From positions 1-64,000 of the IMG/VR virus record IMGVR_UViG_3300029288_000101: a stretch of 64,000 bases of DNA. The stretch is one strand, 5' to 3'. Under the pieces are notes generated by a model, which was not told the DNA's origin, did no database searches, and saw only the letters and a program-made list of their open reading frames with translations. Positions 29,901-38,028 of this stretch are shown piece after piece; the first letter of the stretch is position 1; every line of letters starts with the position of its first letter. Both the position numbers and the translations under genes were made by a program. The DNA is from a virus. Lineage: Duplodnaviria; Caudoviricetes.

Positions 29901-31091
29901 TCTTTTTATCTTCGATTTTTTTTCTGGCAAAGGTGGCGGAGGCATTGAAAATAAAATATCCTTGGCTATGCTACTTGCAATATAGGTTCTAAGGTCTTTT
30001 AATTTAAAACCCTTAAAACCTAACTTCTCACGAAAAGTATCAAATATTTTTTCTTTCGGTACATCAAATAAAAATTCTTTATTTTCTTTCTTTGCTTCAA
30101 ATTTTCGCTGTAATAAATAATCAGCTAATTTTTGATTCTTAATTGAAGCTACATTATGCTTATATGATTTTCCTGTAAAGGAAAAATTAATTTTATCTCC
30201 ATCAATTTCTACACTATCTGGTGATAAGGTTGACACACCACGATTTCCTGTTTTCTTAAATAATGTTTTATCTCCTGGTCTTAATGCTGTATTTGCAATA
30301 ATATTAATGATTGCTGCTGATTGGGCAACATCTTTATCTTCATTATCATAAAAATTATCTGTCTTTATTTTTACCGCTTTCACCGAAGAGTCTGTAATTT
30401 TAGAAATTCTCTTCCACTTTACTTCTGCATTACGTTGTAAAAATTCTCTTGTATAAGCAGAACGAATCTCACCTGTTTTTGGGTCTCTCCATTGCATCAC
30501 CCAATGGTTTAAAGGATCGGTCTCATCGGTTTTTACTTGCTCTTGAGGGACTCCTATTGGTAAACGATTTAAGTTATGTCGTTTCGATATCTCTCCAAAC
30601 CATTCTATTTTCTTTGGCTCTTTTGCTTGTTTTTCTTTCTTTTCAACTCCCTCACCCTTATTTTCTTTACCTTCAGTTTGTTGATTGTCTGTTTCTTCTT
30701 TTGTTTTACTTGTTTTTCTTTTCTCAAGTTCTTTTTTTACCGCTTCTTCTATCTTAGGATCTTTTTTATCTCTTTCTAAATAGGCTTTCAAATCTTTAGT
30801 CTCTGTTTCCTTTGCAAAATCAGTTAAACTCTTCTTTGGTTTATTTTCCTCTTCCCCACCACTCTTCTTTTTATTGAAAGATTCAGCTTCCTCTTTACTC
30901 ACCCATTTTGTTATTTTTTTTCCATGAACATCTGTACTACTTCGTTTAACTAATTTCCCTTCATGAGATGGATCGCCTTTAAACTTATTTGTGTTAAAGG
31001 CTTTTTCAAAAAGAGTTTCATAAGATTTCTGAATAATATTCTTCTTCTCTTTTTTATTTAATAAGATTCTATATGCTTCGTCCTTCTCCAT
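26967..31091 (-). CDS. Multidomain head-region polyprotein: topoisomerase IB, histidine phosphatase, DUF6496-like, DUF5661-like, SH3-like, winged helix
   Basis: TopIB residues ALRPG/FTGKS/KDLRT/LNNSP/SSYVNP; IRHG..SSDLKR..QTA..VTH; VMREF..G.LHSGSG..V..R.QA.AIA.SEA; G.EVEKEH..IA.DHL.E..DYY..L. Confidence 0.8.
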   Translation of the reverse strand: MEKDEAYRILLNKKEKKNIIQKSYETLFEKAFNTNKFKGDPSHEGKLVKRSSTDVHGKKITKWVSKEEAESFNKKKSGGEEENKPKKSLTDFAKETETKDLKAYLERDKKDPKIEEAVKKELEKRKTSKTKEETDNQQTEGKENKGEGVEKKEKQAKEPKKIEWFGEISKRHNLNRLPIGVPQEQVKTDETDPLNHWVMQWRDPKTGEIRSAYTREFLQRNAEVKWKRISKITDSSVKAVKIKTDNFYDNEDKDVAQSAAIINIIANTALRPGDKTLFKKTGNRGVSTLSPDSVEIDGDKINFSFTGKSYKHNVASIKNQKLADYLLQRKFEAKKENKEFLFDVPKEKIFDTFREKLGFKGFKLKDLRTYIASSIAKDILFSMPPPPLPEKKSKIKRLISDKLKDTFNRVSKKLNNSPSMAKSSYVNPHIIDAWILQLGVNKEEILKAIEEEQTWKVPTLSEINNQIKKKENDDDTDDFSDESLDPDEYNLPENLQWIFDEKGKEENGTDINQEDKELKEENIMEKAIQQEIPKDKKGTTNIFVIRHGNTKLNAENNDSKDFVRGHLNIPLTKKGIKNAKDVAKTLKKDDLDVLFSSDLKRSKQTADIISEKVDLPVKDYTFDLRPWNLGKFQGEDFFKNKKKIIFYINHPDKPVPAKEGKEDVDSKGESFNIFKDRFLNFIKRIAKKYKGQNIGIVTHYRGVKLLEAWMAAGHKDDNSFELKAFLKHDPEKDIPGSMHIYQIKDDYKNLEEENVVEKAKKEQDMAMEHSDKLGAGTKKRKKLKGKDKIAVVMREFARGTLHSGSGEIVTDRDQALAIAYSEAKKHGFEKAIQETLTKKEKTKVIDFLKEFKGEKIPDEEVHKLAEELGIETEELESFIYSFASKEVQGEQIGDKKSEDKKLDKKQLKLGVEVEKEHKDTFQFIKDYYKETGEFPAEKIVYGKIAEDHLREISDYYDLLKLMEEMAKQRNKEIKKSFDDKIIKAEDLSEFLESNILITDLQYKILSQQGEEGMLGDIEKAKKDLSKLQKKIIINKEGKRQGVWVKPWDEEGFTLRKKLYEQRLEELIESTENAIKYYKEEIRIKEHNINTEPEELEKLRKKLHFNEVAFEGYSKAKVNFQNKRRKEDEDTKVVEAKIQPKKTIKILSSEDKQKKGDKIFDKIKSYGMAKEIEHPLGFKRGDKVKIMVDGKEVAAEFMMMREGRLGAYVKVKYGDRILTKIPEKVKPIKGEKKGTEENLKEELQKLNMKFASRSNLMYGKAYVKLTDEQKEKVRKEVKKETTIKEKKREKVGGLTEKEIIVLRKVLKSEYQDSDDESVINNPVWTSSVSGGKSDNAILGHLQRKGFVGLNQFEGEDETVHLTKKGFEYLKGKKKK

Positions 31092-31094
31092 TGT

Positions 31095-32015
31095 TTAATC
31101 AATTTCTTTACCATTTACTTTAATCTTAATCTTTGATTCTGTTCTACGCTTTACTGATATAGGTTTATCAAAAGCTTTAGTTTTATCATCCCATTCCATT
31201 CCAATAGATATTGTTTGTAGGGTACATCTGCACCATGGGTGCATCGGTCCTACGACTGGTCGCATTTCAGCTTTCTTTCTCCCAATGTTATTCCCATTAA
31301 ACACTAATTTTTGCAAGTTAAATACAATTGGTTTACTGCCTAATCCTTTTGTTAAATATGCTTTTTGACAAACCTCACAAGCTTCTGGCTTTACATCTTT
31401 ATAAACCAAAGCATCTTTACCTTTTGTTTTAAGGATTTGCATCGCTCTTCCCATATCAAAAGCATCATGCATCACATAATCAGCTACACGGTCAAAATCT
31501 TTTGCCCAATTTCCTGTACTTTTTGATAATTCTAAAGAGAGTTCCTTAATTGATTTTCTTTCAATTATAGCTCTCTCTATTTGTTGTTTAATAGCTTTTT
31601 GGGCTCTAAATTTCTTCCTCTTATCTCCATCAATTATTATTTGAGTAAAATCTTTGCTCATTTTATCTCCCAAACCTTTAATGTCATTATAAGTTTGAAG
31701 TTTAACATATTGCAAGGCTTCTTGTTCTAATTGAGTTAAGGGTAAAAATTTTTGTTCTGATAGAAATTTCTTGAATTGATTAAAGGTTAATTCTTTAATT
31801 CCAGCTTCTTTTACTGCTGCACTGAGCATACCAAATTTAAACTGTTCTTCGATTTTACCTTCTTTTGGAAAATCTGATTTTTTAAAACCAACACCGTTTA
31901 ATAGTTTTTTATCTTTCTCAGTCAAAATCTCAGAACCCACTTGCTTTGCAATAAATAACAAATGAAAATGAGTTACTATCTCTTTAATCTCTTGTATTTG
32001 TTCTGAATTTAGCAT
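31095..32015 (-). CDS. MuF/gpF-like minor head morphogenesis protein
   Basis: ACEVC and C-terminal GPMHPWCRCTL motif; near portal. Confidence 0.8.
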   Translation of the reverse strand: MLNSEQIQEIKEIVTHFHLLFIAKQVGSEILTEKDKKLLNGVGFKKSDFPKEGKIEEQFKFGMLSAAVKEAGIKELTFNQFKKFLSEQKFLPLTQLEQEALQYVKLQTYNDIKGLGDKMSKDFTQIIIDGDKRKKFRAQKAIKQQIERAIIERKSIKELSLELSKSTGNWAKDFDRVADYVMHDAFDMGRAMQILKTKGKDALVYKDVKPEACEVCQKAYLTKGLGSKPIVFNLQKLVFNGNNIGRKKAEMRPVVGPMHPWCRCTLQTISIGMEWDDKTKAFDKPISVKRRTESKIKIKVNGKEID

Positions 32016-32022
32016 TATTTAA

Positions 32023-33777
32023 TTAATCTCCTGTCCAAGTACCCAATTTCGAACCTTTTCCTTCTATAAACACTTTAGCTTTCTGACCATAGCCTTTTGC
32101 TGCTGCTTCTTCTTGCCACTGCTTACTTGTTTTCTTGCTTGCCTCTTCTCTCTCTCTTCGTTCTTCCTCTTTTATTGCTTTTTCTCTATGTTTTTCATAT
32201 AACTCAGAAAAAGTTTTTTCAATTTTCATACCCTTTCTTATAATATCCTCAATCTTAGGTAAATTTTCTAATGCTACTTTTTTGCCTTCTGTAGTACCAT
32301 GTTCTAATTCATTCTCATAACGTCTTCTCCATTCTCTCGAATTAGACATTATTTGCCTAAACTTTACATAATTAACTGATATATCTTTTGATTTTAAAAT
32401 TGACGTGTCTATACTTTCATCAGACGCTTTTTGTCTTTCTGTTCTTTCTTTTCTTTCAAATGGTTTTATATCTCTAAATTTTGAATAAACTTTTTGTAAA
32501 ACACTTTGTAATTCCGGAGTTAATTTAGATGATTCTTTATTTTTATTCTTCTTCTCTTCTCTAACAGTTTTTAAGGTTCTCTGAATAAAATCGTCCTCAG
32601 ATTCTCCTGGGTTAGAAACATAAGTTTTACCTTCATATTCAATGTTCAATAATTTTTGTTCTTTTTTCTTTGATTCTTTTGATTTTGTGTTTTCTTTTGG
32701 TTTTCTCTCAACCTTTTGCAGTTTATCCATTCTTCTATACAAAACTTTTCCATTGAAATTAATCAATTCAAAAGCACCTCTTTTAGTATCTCGATGCTCT
32801 ATATATGTTCCCTCTACTAAACCACCATGAATACTCGGAAATTTAACAATATCGCCTTTTTTAAATTTTAATTCTTTCTCTTCCTTTGACTCTTTTAATT
32901 TTTTAGGTTCTTCTTTTTTCTTTGGCTCTTTTTGTTCCTTATTTTGACTAACTTTCTTAGTCTCTTTCTTCTCCTTTCCTCTAGCTGTATTAAAATAAAT
33001 AACATTCCCTTCCTCATCAATTTTAAACTTCTTTTTATTATCTTCAAGCTTCCTACCTACAGTCATTAATCTTTTTGTCATCCTACCATTCCTGGTTACA
33101 TCCACTAATTCTTTATGCTTCCCTTCGCCATAATCTTTCTTTGATTTTGCTTTTTCAATTTTATCAAAAAAATCAAAGTCTTCAGATAAAACATTATATG
33201 CTTTTTGGATTTTATTATAATTCCTTAATTCTTCTTCCTTCTTAGTAAGTTCTTCTTTAAACCATTTTAATTCATCGGGTCTCTCACTACTTTTAAATGC
33301 GCTTATCTGTTTAGTCAAAGTCTTAATTCTTTCTCTCAATTCTTTTTTAGTAGGTTTTTCTTCATTATTTATTGTTTCTTTCTTTTCCTCCTTTATTACT
33401 ATTTTATTAGGCTGTTGAAAAGCAGCATTCAAACTAATATCTTCAGAACCAATCAAGCGATGCTGATAGAATGTGGTCCCATTTTTATTTGTTACCTTTA
33501 CATTTTCATAATGCTTTGCCTTTTCAATATCATTTTTATCAAACCAAAAATGTTCTCTCTTTCCTTCTTCTGAGATTTTAATAATTTTAATTAAATTAGG
33601 ATTAACTCTCGCTTTCTTAATATCTGTAATAAGTTCTACATGAGTTAAAATTCCGCTCTCAATTGCTTTATCAAAAGCTTCTTCAGTCAAAATTATCTCT
33701 TGTTGAGTGTTTAAAAAAGAAGCGTTTATTTGCTTCTTTATTTTTGCTTGATGTGTTGAAAGGTCTTGAAAATCCAT
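32023..33777 (-). CDS. Lys/Glu-rich modular head-region protein
   Basis: Multiple xxKA motifs followed by beta-hairpin-like segments; SH3-like FKKGD.VK domain. Confidence 0.6.
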   Translation of the reverse strand: MDFQDLSTHQAKIKKQINASFLNTQQEIILTEEAFDKAIESGILTHVELITDIKKARVNPNLIKIIKISEEGKREHFWFDKNDIEKAKHYENVKVTNKNGTTFYQHRLIGSEDISLNAAFQQPNKIVIKEEKKETINNEEKPTKKELRERIKTLTKQISAFKSSERPDELKWFKEELTKKEEELRNYNKIQKAYNVLSEDFDFFDKIEKAKSKKDYGEGKHKELVDVTRNGRMTKRLMTVGRKLEDNKKKFKIDEEGNVIYFNTARGKEKKETKKVSQNKEQKEPKKKEEPKKLKESKEEKELKFKKGDIVKFPSIHGGLVEGTYIEHRDTKRGAFELINFNGKVLYRRMDKLQKVERKPKENTKSKESKKKEQKLLNIEYEGKTYVSNPGESEDDFIQRTLKTVREEKKNKNKESSKLTPELQSVLQKVYSKFRDIKPFERKERTERQKASDESIDTSILKSKDISVNYVKFRQIMSNSREWRRRYENELEHGTTEGKKVALENLPKIEDIIRKGMKIEKTFSELYEKHREKAIKEEERREREEASKKTSKQWQEEAAAKGYGQKAKVFIEGKGSKLGTWTGD

Positions 33778-33778
33778 C

Positions 33779-33919
33779 TTATATCTTTTTAATTTTTATA
33801 AAAACTTCTTTTAATACTTGTGATAAAATTTTGCCATATTCCTGTTTAAACTCCTTCTCTAATTCTTTTTGAACCTTATAACGTGGCTGTTCTTTTTTAT
33901 GTTTTTTTGTCGCAACCAT
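33779..33919 (-). CDS. Small hypothetical protein (46 aa; not in ORF track)
   Basis: MVATKKHKKEQPRY...KIKKI exactly fills the gap between neighbours. Confidence 0.45.
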   Translation of the reverse strand: MVATKKHKKEQPRYKVQKELEKEFKQEYGKILSQVLKEVFIKIKKI

Positions 33920-33928
33920 AGATTTTAC

Positions 33929-34201
33929 TTATCTTGAATATGATAAGATATAACGATCGTCCCAAACATTATCATAATTCATATTACCATCAGCATATTC
34001 AGTTATTACAACACCAGAAGGTGCTACCGCACTAGCAGTTGTAATCCTCAATATTTTCCATTCTGGTCTTGAAGTAAGAGTCCCTAATGCTGCATATCCC
34101 ATATAAGTAATTTTAGTTGTCTTAATATCAACAATAGGAGCAGGCTGACTCTCAGTTAGAGTTTTATGTACTGGATAAGCGTCTTGGTCTTCTAATTTCA
34201 T
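33929..34201 (-). CDS. Small virion-associated protein
   Basis: Y.G.A..G......W.I.RI....YA.G...Y..VW.DR..L.Y pattern seen in phage structural regions. Confidence 0.5.
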   Translation of the reverse strand: MKLEDQDAYPVHKTLTESQPAPIVDIKTTKITYMGYAALGTLTSRPEWKILRITTASAVAPSGVVITEYADGNMNYDNVWDDRYILSYSR

Positions 34202-34219
34202 AGCTTTTTATTTTTAAAA

Positions 34220-36322
34220 TTATTTTTTCTGTTTTAATTTATTCTTATAAACTGAAATGGCAGAAGCGTAATTTGCCTTCTTTCCACCTTTTGTTAAATG
34301 AGTCACAGCTTTTACCCAAACTCCTTTATCTTTAACAAAAGCAGGAGGATTCTTTATCAAATGTTTTAAATCAAATTTGCCTTCTTTTTTAGTCCCTTCC
34401 TCTTTCCCCTCAGAAGTCTCAATTTTCTTTGCTTCTACTTTCTTCACTTCTTCCTTTTGTGGTTCTTGTCCTGGTCTCAAAATTCGCTTGGGTAATCTTG
34501 CAAAAATCTTATCTCCATATTTTATAAATACATATTCACCACGCTTTCCTGTATTATGACTTTTTACTACACCCTCAACCATCTTACCTTCTTTATTTAA
34601 GAATTTCACTTTATCTCCTGCCTTAAAATGTTCTCCCTCTGGGGTAAAGTCTTTTTTACTTTCTTTCTTTTTTTCTTCTTGAGTTCTTGGTACTATATTC
34701 CCACTCTCATCAACAGTATATTTACTTTTTTCTTGCCTTTTGCGTTCTTCTTCAAAACCTCTCATCTTCGCTTCTTCTTCTTGCTTTACTCTCTTTATCT
34801 GTTCTATCCAAGTTTCTTTCTTTAGCTTGTCTTCCTTCTTATTTTTGGTTTCTTCTATCCCAGTTTTATTTTTCTTTTTAAATATTACTTTAAATGCTTC
34901 TTCAACGAAATCTTTTACTTCATAATCATTATAATCCAATGAATCTATCATTTCTTCTATTGCAATTTCTTGTTTTTGATTTAAAGCCTTTCCAGATTTT
35001 TCTTTCTTCTCATTCTTCTCTTCTTTTCCTTCTAGTTTAGCTATTGAATTTTTAACTGATTTTATTTGATGAAGAACAGCTTTTTTGTTCATTTCAGATG
35101 TCTTAGGCAACATAGTAATATATTTTTTAAGGTTTTGTTTTTCTACCTCAAGTTTATGTTGTTTTTGTTCTTCAGTTTTCGGTTCTTTTTTAACTTCGTC
35201 TTTCTTCTCACCACTAATTTCATAATTATTTTCTAAGTCAACATTTTGAAAGCGAAGTTTTAAATGAGACGGCTCTTTTATAACTACAGTAACCTTTGGT
35301 CCAACACTAACAACTGTAAAGGTTTTATTCACACCACTTTCAAGTTCATGTTTATCATTATCCACACTAAATTTATATAATTTTGATATCTTAGTTCTAA
35401 ATTTCATACCAGGTTGTAATGTATTTTTTAATTCTTCTTTAACATCTTTCTTCTCACCACTTTCTACTTTTTTATTTTCTCCAATAATTCTTAATTCTCC
35501 ATTAGGGTTGATAGAGACTTTATCAGCTTTTAATTTCTCCTTTAAAATTCTCTCTTTTGCTGATGGATTCATCCTATTTATTTGAGACTTTGTGAATTTT
35601 AAATTTAAAAATTTATCTTCTTCTTCAGAACCAAGTTCTTGCCTTCTCTGAAAGGTTTTATTTTTACCGTGGACTGTTACCATTCCCATATGTTTAGCTT
35701 TTTCCAATTCTCCTTCCTCTGCTTTCTCTATTTTTGTTTTTTCGCAATGAATTGTAATATCTCCTTTTTTAATATTTAAATCTTTTGTTTTTTCAGACCA
35801 ACTTTCTGGGAGGATATCTTCTTTTCCAAGTTCTTTTGCTCTCCTCTTAATCCATGCCTTTGCTGCTGCAGGGTCTTTTGCTCTACCAACAGATTTTATT
35901 GCATCTTTCAAATCTTGGCTATTCCTAATAGGAAATGAACCATCCTTCATTGCCTCTCCTTTCTTTGAAAGGTTTTCACGTTCTTTAGTTGAAAAATCTG
36001 TTTTGTTTTTAGCTTTCTCAATATTATTATCAACATACATAACAGAAATATTTCCTGCTTTGTCAGAAACTTTTAAAACCTTTAAAGATTTTAAATCATT
36101 CCACGCTTTATCTATCAATTCCTTCGGTTTACTGTTTGATAGTTCTGCTTTCTTTAATTCTGTTTGAAAAATTCCAATTGCTTCAGAATTATAGTATTTC
36201 CAACCAAATTCCTCCACTGCTTTTTGAAATAATTCGTTAGTTACAATGATTTCTTTTTGAACACTACCACCTACACGCTGACTTACCAACGCTTTTTGTA
36301 AAACATCAAATTTTGCTTCCAT
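34220..36322 (-). CDS. Lys/Glu-rich modular head-region protein with DUF6582-like and SH3-like domains
   Basis: ERE.L...GEAM.DGSFPI....DL..AI...GRA.....AKAWI.RRA..LG....LP.SW; FKAGDKVK domain; many xxKA motifs. Confidence 0.65.
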   Translation of the reverse strand: MEAKFDVLQKALVSQRVGGSVQKEIIVTNELFQKAVEEFGWKYYNSEAIGIFQTELKKAELSNSKPKELIDKAWNDLKSLKVLKVSDKAGNISVMYVDNNIEKAKNKTDFSTKERENLSKKGEAMKDGSFPIRNSQDLKDAIKSVGRAKDPAAAKAWIKRRAKELGKEDILPESWSEKTKDLNIKKGDITIHCEKTKIEKAEEGELEKAKHMGMVTVHGKNKTFQRRQELGSEEEDKFLNLKFTKSQINRMNPSAKERILKEKLKADKVSINPNGELRIIGENKKVESGEKKDVKEELKNTLQPGMKFRTKISKLYKFSVDNDKHELESGVNKTFTVVSVGPKVTVVIKEPSHLKLRFQNVDLENNYEISGEKKDEVKKEPKTEEQKQHKLEVEKQNLKKYITMLPKTSEMNKKAVLHQIKSVKNSIAKLEGKEEKNEKKEKSGKALNQKQEIAIEEMIDSLDYNDYEVKDFVEEAFKVIFKKKNKTGIEETKNKKEDKLKKETWIEQIKRVKQEEEAKMRGFEEERKRQEKSKYTVDESGNIVPRTQEEKKKESKKDFTPEGEHFKAGDKVKFLNKEGKMVEGVVKSHNTGKRGEYVFIKYGDKIFARLPKRILRPGQEPQKEEVKKVEAKKIETSEGKEEGTKKEGKFDLKHLIKNPPAFVKDKGVWVKAVTHLTKGGKKANYASAISVYKNKLKQKK

Positions 36323-36364
36323 TTATTTTATTTTTATTAAATTATTTTTTTTAATTACTCTTCA

Positions 36365-37987
36365 TTAATCTTCTTTATTCAAATTATTTAAAAATAATTG
36401 AAGACTTTTTTCAATTGGATTAGTTTCCTCTTCTTCAGGAACAAGAATAGGATTTTGTTCTTCCATTGATTCTTGTCCTTCTTCGCCACCGCCTTGCTGT
36501 TCTTGCATTTGATTCTGTTTCTCCATTTGCAATGCATTTGTATAGACCCCGTCTAACAAAATATCTCCTCCCTGCAAATCTTTTAAACCATGAGATCTTC
36601 TCACCTCATTAACAGTTTTAGATACTTTTGATAATTTAGTATCTAAATCTACTTCTTCTTGAGGAGTTAATCCTGTTAGTCCTTCAAAACTAAATTCATA
36701 TTTTCCTTTATAAAATTGAGAAACCAAAAACTTATTTAATCTCTTTTGTAAAAATTTCAATATTGGAATTAAACCTTTATCTCTACTCCATTTCAATCTC
36801 GCTTCATTGTTACCTTCAAACAAAGACTTCTGACCACTGTTACCACCTTGAGAAAAATTGACTTCTGATGGATCCATGGCGAAAACTGCACACGCTAAAG
36901 TCAACAAATATTGTTGATATTTATTATATTCCATCTCACGATTTGACTTTTGCAAATCTACCCATTCTGCTTTATCTGCTTCTAATATTGGAGTTTTATG
37001 AGCATTATAAACGCCACGCATTTGAGAGTTCCACATTTGTTTGAATTCTTGAACCTTACTTTCGTTCAACATTCCTGAAACTCTTAAAATCCCTTTTGGT
37101 GCACTGCCTTGTTTGAAAAATCTCCTATTATATTCATCTCCCCATAACATAGCTGTTACAGTTGCTGTTAGTTCTTCCAACTCACTTACACCATAACCAT
37201 TTAAATAAATACTTGTGTCTGGGTTTCTTACACCAAAACACATTTCCCAAGGATAAAATTCTGCTTTTACTTGTTGTTGATATACTTGAACATAATTAGG
37301 ATAATAACCTTTTATTTTCTTTCTATTAGAAGTTTGGCCTGCTTGATAATTATCATCATCATAACTATCTGCTATGCGCATCGTTGAACTATCTACTGCA
37401 TAAAATTCACACGGCACACCTTTCCTGTTATGAATAACCTCAAAACACATCTGGTCGTATGTCAATGAATCTCTTATTATTTTTCTAACAAAACCATCAA
37501 AATCATCAGCTTCCCAGCTCTGACCGTCACCACAATTCTCAAGAAACTTAATTATCTCTTCTACTTCTTTTCGTTCTTCTTTTGTTAATTCTTCATTTTG
37601 ATCTTCTCCTTCAAAATTCTTCTTTTTCTTTATTTTATAGCCTATGCCAAATCTATCTGATTGTGGTTCTGCAAATGAAGCTATTTGGTTAATTCTTGTT
37701 CTAATTATTGCATTTATTATTGGCGTTTTCGCCATACTCTTTAGCATATTATAGCTTAATGCTGTTGGTTTATCTTTAAAGCCAAAAGAAGCATTAAATG
37801 CTTGAGGGTCAAAAAGAAAAGATTTGCGATCTCCAGTTTCTCTTGTCTGTATCTGATTTAAAACTTGAGAAGCTTTAATGATATCTGAAGGATTATCTCC
37901 AGTCATCATACCTTCTAAAAGTTTAAATTTTTTTACTTCAAGAATTTGTTGAGCTTTCTCAATTTTTGTTAAAGTTGCAGAAGACAT
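36365..37987 (-). CDS. Portal protein
   Basis: RDSLTYDQ..FE, N.YG.SELE, YN.RFF.QG..PKGIL, MEY.KY, DPSEVNF, S.DKGL.P.L, TVNEVR. Confidence 0.92.
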   Translation of the reverse strand: MSSATLTKIEKAQQILEVKKFKLLEGMMTGDNPSDIIKASQVLNQIQTRETGDRKSFLFDPQAFNASFGFKDKPTALSYNMLKSMAKTPIINAIIRTRINQIASFAEPQSDRFGIGYKIKKKKNFEGEDQNEELTKEERKEVEEIIKFLENCGDGQSWEADDFDGFVRKIIRDSLTYDQMCFEVIHNRKGVPCEFYAVDSSTMRIADSYDDDNYQAGQTSNRKKIKGYYPNYVQVYQQQVKAEFYPWEMCFGVRNPDTSIYLNGYGVSELEELTATVTAMLWGDEYNRRFFKQGSAPKGILRVSGMLNESKVQEFKQMWNSQMRGVYNAHKTPILEADKAEWVDLQKSNREMEYNKYQQYLLTLACAVFAMDPSEVNFSQGGNSGQKSLFEGNNEARLKWSRDKGLIPILKFLQKRLNKFLVSQFYKGKYEFSFEGLTGLTPQEEVDLDTKLSKVSKTVNEVRRSHGLKDLQGGDILLDGVYTNALQMEKQNQMQEQQGGGEEGQESMEEQNPILVPEEEETNPIEKSLQLFLNNLNKED

Positions 37988-38012
37988 TCTACCAATTTAA
38001 GAATTTACAACT

Positions 38013-38021
38013 TTATAACTG
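38013..38021 (-). promoter_or_regulatory. Putative late promoter CAGTTATAA
   Basis: Exact motif ~26 nt upstream of portal. Confidence 0.65.
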
Positions 38022-38028
38022 TTACAAC

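Noticed and set aside
29770-30610. Integrase (temperate lifestyle)
   Set aside because: Motif spacing (FTGK, KDLRT, LNN.P...SY) fits TopIB better, and it is embedded in a head-region protein with no att site evident
31095-32015. MuF polymorphic toxin with immunity gene
   Set aside because: MuF is the short form with no C-terminal toxin extension or adjacent immunity-like ORF
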